From a virus (lineage: Duplodnaviria > Caudoviricetes): DNA of 45,947 nucleotides. The stretch's first letter is position 1; each line of letters opens with the position of its first letter. The notes below the pieces were generated by a model. The model did not search any database. It had not been told where the DNA came from and saw nothing but the letters and a program-made list of their open reading frames with translations. Location of the stretch: positions 1-45,947 of IMG/VR virus record IMGVR_UViG_3300032225_000623; one strand, written 5' to 3'. A program made the position numbers and the translations under genes. Positions 43,215 to 45,947 of the stretch are shown here, one piece after another.

Positions 43215-43897
43215 CAAACCACCTTCTGCTTGTATTGCCCGTCACGGTACGCATCACCACGCTCAAGGCCATCACCCAGACGTTTAGCCATAGCAAGAGC
43301 TTCGTCATACCGCTTCTGGTATGCAGTATAAACATCCGCCTCGCCCTTCATATAGGTGTACGCTTCCAACAAAGAGCCATAAAAGAGAACGGAATCAAAG
43401 TTATCGCCCAGCCAAGATGTAGCGGCGGTGGTAATTGACTCTGGGTAGTAATAGTAATGAAGCTCAATGGTATAAGCATCATCAGGTGTCGGACCCAGAA
43501 TAAATGAAAGCTCATTTGTAATTACAGGCGTAGCAGCATTTGTTGTGGTAGGTCCAAATAAAGCGTAATACTGCGGCAGTCCAGTATCAGTCGGAACCGG
43601 ATAGGCTTCACGAATAAAGTTTACGTCTTTATCTAACAGATACGAATACGCCCCAGTGTCATCTACAACTGCCATTGAAAACACAGACAGAAAATCATTT
43701 GGAGCGGAAAGGTATTTGTTGTTTATGTATGTTGCGCCGGTAACATTTTTGCGAAGCGACGGAAACTGAATCGTATTGTATATACGCTGCTCGGCTTGTT
43801 TGATAAACGTATCTACTTCAGGCGAACCTGAAGAATCTGTACCGAATTGGTTTTCGGTATATGCGTTTATCTGGTTTACGAGTTGCGTATAGTTCAT
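43214..43897 (-). CDS. Head-tail adaptor (tail tubular protein A-like)
   Basis: MNYTQL...I..Y.E...FI.QAE.RI...G.P.YYA...GPTPD..Y...LHYYY.P...LFYGSL.EA. Confidence 0.75.
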   Translation of the reverse strand: MNYTQLVNQINAYTENQFGTDSSGSPEVDTFIKQAEQRIYNTIQFPSLRKNVTGATYINNKYLSAPNDFLSVFSMAVVDDTGAYSYLLDKDVNFIREAYPVPTDTGLPQYYALFGPTTTNAATPVITNELSFILGPTPDDAYTIELHYYYYPESITTAATSWLGDNFDSVLFYGSLLEAYTYMKGEADVYTAYQKRYDEALAMAKRLGDGLERGDAYRDGQYKQKVV

Positions 43898-43899
43898 GA

Positions 43900-44160
43900 T
43901 TAAGCCATCGGGCCTCGGGCCTTAGTACCCTTGGTAGCAGCGCCACAACCACGGATAGTGATGCCATCATCCTTGGCCTTGGGGTCATACCCATTGCGGT
44001 TGATGTTACCAACGCTCATCTTGACTTCTTTGGCTTCGGTATCACCAGCCTTGTAGCCATTGTCAAGCTCAACCGGGCCACCAGTCATGGTATGCGGCTG
44101 TGCATAGACTTCAGCGGAGCCAACTTCCTTGCCTCCAACCTTCATACTGAACTTAGCCAT
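43900..44160 (-). CDS. Small virion-block protein
   Basis: Ends RGCGAATKG.KARGPMA; tiles the operon. Confidence 0.7.
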   Translation of the reverse strand: MAKFSMKVGGKEVGSAEVYAQPHTMTGGPVELDNGYKAGDTEAKEVKMSVGNINRNGYDPKAKDDGITIRGCGAATKGTKARGPMA

Positions 44161-44342
44161 TATCGACCCCGCGACGAAGTGCGTTGATTGATGACCTTAG
44201 CCATGCCGCGACCATACTTCTTCATATCAAGATTGGTCTTGCCGCCTTTGGCGAAGCCCTTGCCGTGCATACGGGTTTCATGGCCCTTTACAGCCTTTTC
44301 TGCTTCCGTATCAGCAATCTTCTTAACTTCTTTCTTGTCCAT
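44160..44342 (-). CDS. Small basic protein with FAKGG motif
   Basis: AAGGA SD; HE..MH...FAKGG. Confidence 0.7.
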   Translation of the reverse strand: MDKKEVKKIADTEAEKAVKGHETRMHGKGFAKGGKTNLDMKKYGRGMAKVINQRTSSRGR

Positions 44343-44351
44343 GATTGTTCC

Positions 44352-44726
44352 TTAAGTTGTTACTACGGTTACTGTCCCAAGTGTAATTTGAAGCGCCAGA
44401 TTGTTTGGCGTTAGGTAATCATCATTTGCCCTTGAGCCACCAACCGGATTCCAACCCCATTGTATAATTCTACTACCTTCGCCATTATTTCCAGAAACAT
44501 AATAACTTGTATCCGGTCTTGGTTGACGAACGGCTTGCGGGTCATTAACTGGATACATACCAATCTGCAACTGCGGTTGGTCCGGTTCCCAGCATTGCGG
44601 ACAAACACGAATGTTCGTCAGCTTTGTTTTAATCGTCAAATACTTTAAATGCAGCAGCTTATAGCGGAACCCGCATCGGTCACATTCCGCGATTGAATGC
44701 TTGCCAGATGAAAACCTGTTAGGCAT
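44352..44726 (-). CDS. Zn-binding protein in the head-tail region
   Basis: CDRCG...VCPQCW...PQL...DPQAV..PRPD. Confidence 0.75.
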   Translation of the reverse strand: MPNRFSSGKHSIAECDRCGFRYKLLHLKYLTIKTKLTNIRVCPQCWEPDQPQLQIGMYPVNDPQAVRQPRPDTSYYVSGNNGEGSRIIQWGWNPVGGSRANDDYLTPNNLALQITLGTVTVVTT

Positions 44727-44730
44727 TTAA

Positions 44731-45480
44731 TCACCTATAGAACAAACTGCGCGGAACAAATCGAACCGGAGCTTTTTCCCGGTCTTCTTCAGCAGCAAGC
44801 TGGAATTGTTGTTCGTAGTCAGACTTCAGTTCCATACGACGCTGCGGGTCGATGTTGGGCAGCTTCATTGCAAGGTAATAGGCCAAGCCAGCAACCATGC
44901 AAGGAATGAACCGGAACGGAATGTCCTGAGTCTTGGTGCCACCAACACCAGCGTCTTGAATGCGGCGCATACGCCAGTAAACAAACGTGTATGTTTGTGC
45001 GCTATCAGGAGTCGGCCAGACGGTGATGTTCGGATAGTCAATGCCCGTGGTTGCATCTGTTCCGGCGGGCTGTCCACCCGCAGGGTAGGTAGCACCAGAT
45101 TGACGGTTAATCCACACTTGAACCGGACGGCCAGTGGCGTTCTTATTGGGAATCACCGCATAGGTAGTCACACTGATGCGGTTGATGTTGATGTCTGTTT
45201 GGTTCTGACCTGTTCCAGTACGGATAACATGGTCAACTAGGTCAATTGTATCTACGGGCAACGTATATGTTGCCGTACCAGAAACCAGCGGAATCGAACC
45301 TTGCTCAATAGTCCACAGGTTGATGCCACGATTAGCCCACTCAATAGTCAGCAAGTTTAAACTTCTACGCGCCGTGCGAAGGTCATAACCAGAACGCAAC
45401 TCAGAACCACAACGCTCGAATGCTTCTTCTACGAGTTCGTTGAGGTTTAGGTTAAATGTACTGGTTCCAGAAGTCGTCAT
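44731..45480 (-). CDS. Head-tail adaptor-like structural protein
   Basis: MTTSGT..F...ELVEEAFERCG...ARRSLNLL..EWANRG.NLWT...WPTPD...PFRF.PC. Confidence 0.75.
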   Translation of the reverse strand: MTTSGTSTFNLNLNELVEEAFERCGSELRSGYDLRTARRSLNLLTIEWANRGINLWTIEQGSIPLVSGTATYTLPVDTIDLVDHVIRTGTGQNQTDININRISVTTYAVIPNKNATGRPVQVWINRQSGATYPAGGQPAGTDATTGIDYPNITVWPTPDSAQTYTFVYWRMRRIQDAGVGGTKTQDIPFRFIPCMVAGLAYYLAMKLPNIDPQRRMELKSDYEQQFQLAAEEDREKAPVRFVPRSLFYR

Positions 45481-45731
45481 TTGGTTTTCCTATACGGAGC
45501 TACTTTTTTAGCTATGCCCTTGGGCTGTGCTACGAATTGCTTTCCTGACTTCTTTCCCGCTCTTTTTGCTCTAGTCGTAGCAGCATACTCTGACGGAGAT
45601 AACGACTTAATCGCTGCCTCCGGTAGGTATCGTTCGCCTGTGGCTTTTGAGCCTTGCGTTGACGGTTTACCACTTTTAGTTCTCCACTTCTGGTCAGTCC
45701 ACGCCTTTAAAGAACGCTGTGGCGCTTTCAT
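45477..45731 (-). CDS. Basic DUF5872-like protein
   Basis: PQRSLKAWT.QKWRTKSGKPS...GERYLP..AI..LS..EYAATTRAKR. Confidence 0.6.
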   Translation of the reverse strand: MKAPQRSLKAWTDQKWRTKSGKPSTQGSKATGERYLPEAAIKSLSPSEYAATTRAKRAGKKSGKQFVAQPKGIAKKVAPYRKTK

Positions 45732-45901
45732 TTCATCTTCTTAAGGGTCTGGGCTAGGCGAGCGCGTTTGCCAAGCGTACCGGGCTTCTTAGCGGCTTTG
45801 GCAAGCGTTTTGGCGGGAATGGTCTTGCCTTCCTTAACGCCAAGTTCTTTGCGAAGCGCGCCCGGCTTCTTGATGGCTTCCTGAATCCACTTCTTAGTCA
45901 C
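45728..45901 (-). CDS. Small Lys-rich protein
   Basis: GTG start with GGAGG SD; KWIQEAIKKPGALR..LG...RARLAQTL. Confidence 0.7.
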   Translation of the reverse strand: MTKKWIQEAIKKPGALRKELGVKEGKTIPAKTLAKAAKKPGTLGKRARLAQTLKKMK

Positions 45902-45947
45902 GATACCCTCCACCTTTTTTCTTATATTGCATGGCTAACATCTGTGC
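45894..45947 (-). CDS. 3' end of a basic protein entering from the right edge (...AQMLAMQYKKKGGGYRD)
   Basis: Open frame from the window edge to TAA at 45894-45896. Confidence 0.6.
   Translation of the reverse strand, partial: AQMLAMQYKKKGGGYRD

Noticed and set aside
1-45947. Stop-codon reassignment or introns/inteins
   Set aside because: Genes tile densely under the standard code with TAA, TAG and TGA all used as stops; terL and the primase-helicase show no obvious insertions.

Overview
The window is about 46 kb of a tailed dsDNA phage genome, probably podovirus-like because it has ejectosome-type internal virion proteins and no tape measure or sheath gene. A freshwater Betaproteobacterial host is a weak inference. 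The order is: terL (cut by the left edge), a 19-aa coupled micropeptide, a LexA-type DNA-binding domain and terS, all on the minus strand; a 600-bp non-coding gap; a GC-richer plus-strand module of SprT-like protease, MoxR/CobS-like AAA+ ATPase and CobT-like metallopeptidase-vWA protein; a minus-strand replication block (Twinkle/T7 gp4-type primase-helicase, HNH, PD-(D/E)xK nuclease, metallophosphoesterase, resolvase); a plus-strand recombination/accessory operon (HicA-like, Cas4-like exonuclease, ERF, SSB, MazG-like, tRNA-Leu(TAA), DUF1364-like); and a long minus-strand virion block (2885-aa polyvalent protein, ejection proteins, nozzle, M15 endolysin, holin, fibres, adaptors). Portal, capsid, DNA polymerase and integrase genes were not seen. 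The most notable items are a complete type I hammerhead ribozyme downstream of a sigma70 promoter, a C4/CI-like structured RNA upstream of the replication genes, a beta-barrel-like segment between AxGG motifs in an ejection protein, a cassette-like polyvalent protein, and an apparent excess of RTTTAAAY with GATC avoidance. All family assignments come from motif recognition by eye; no searches were run.
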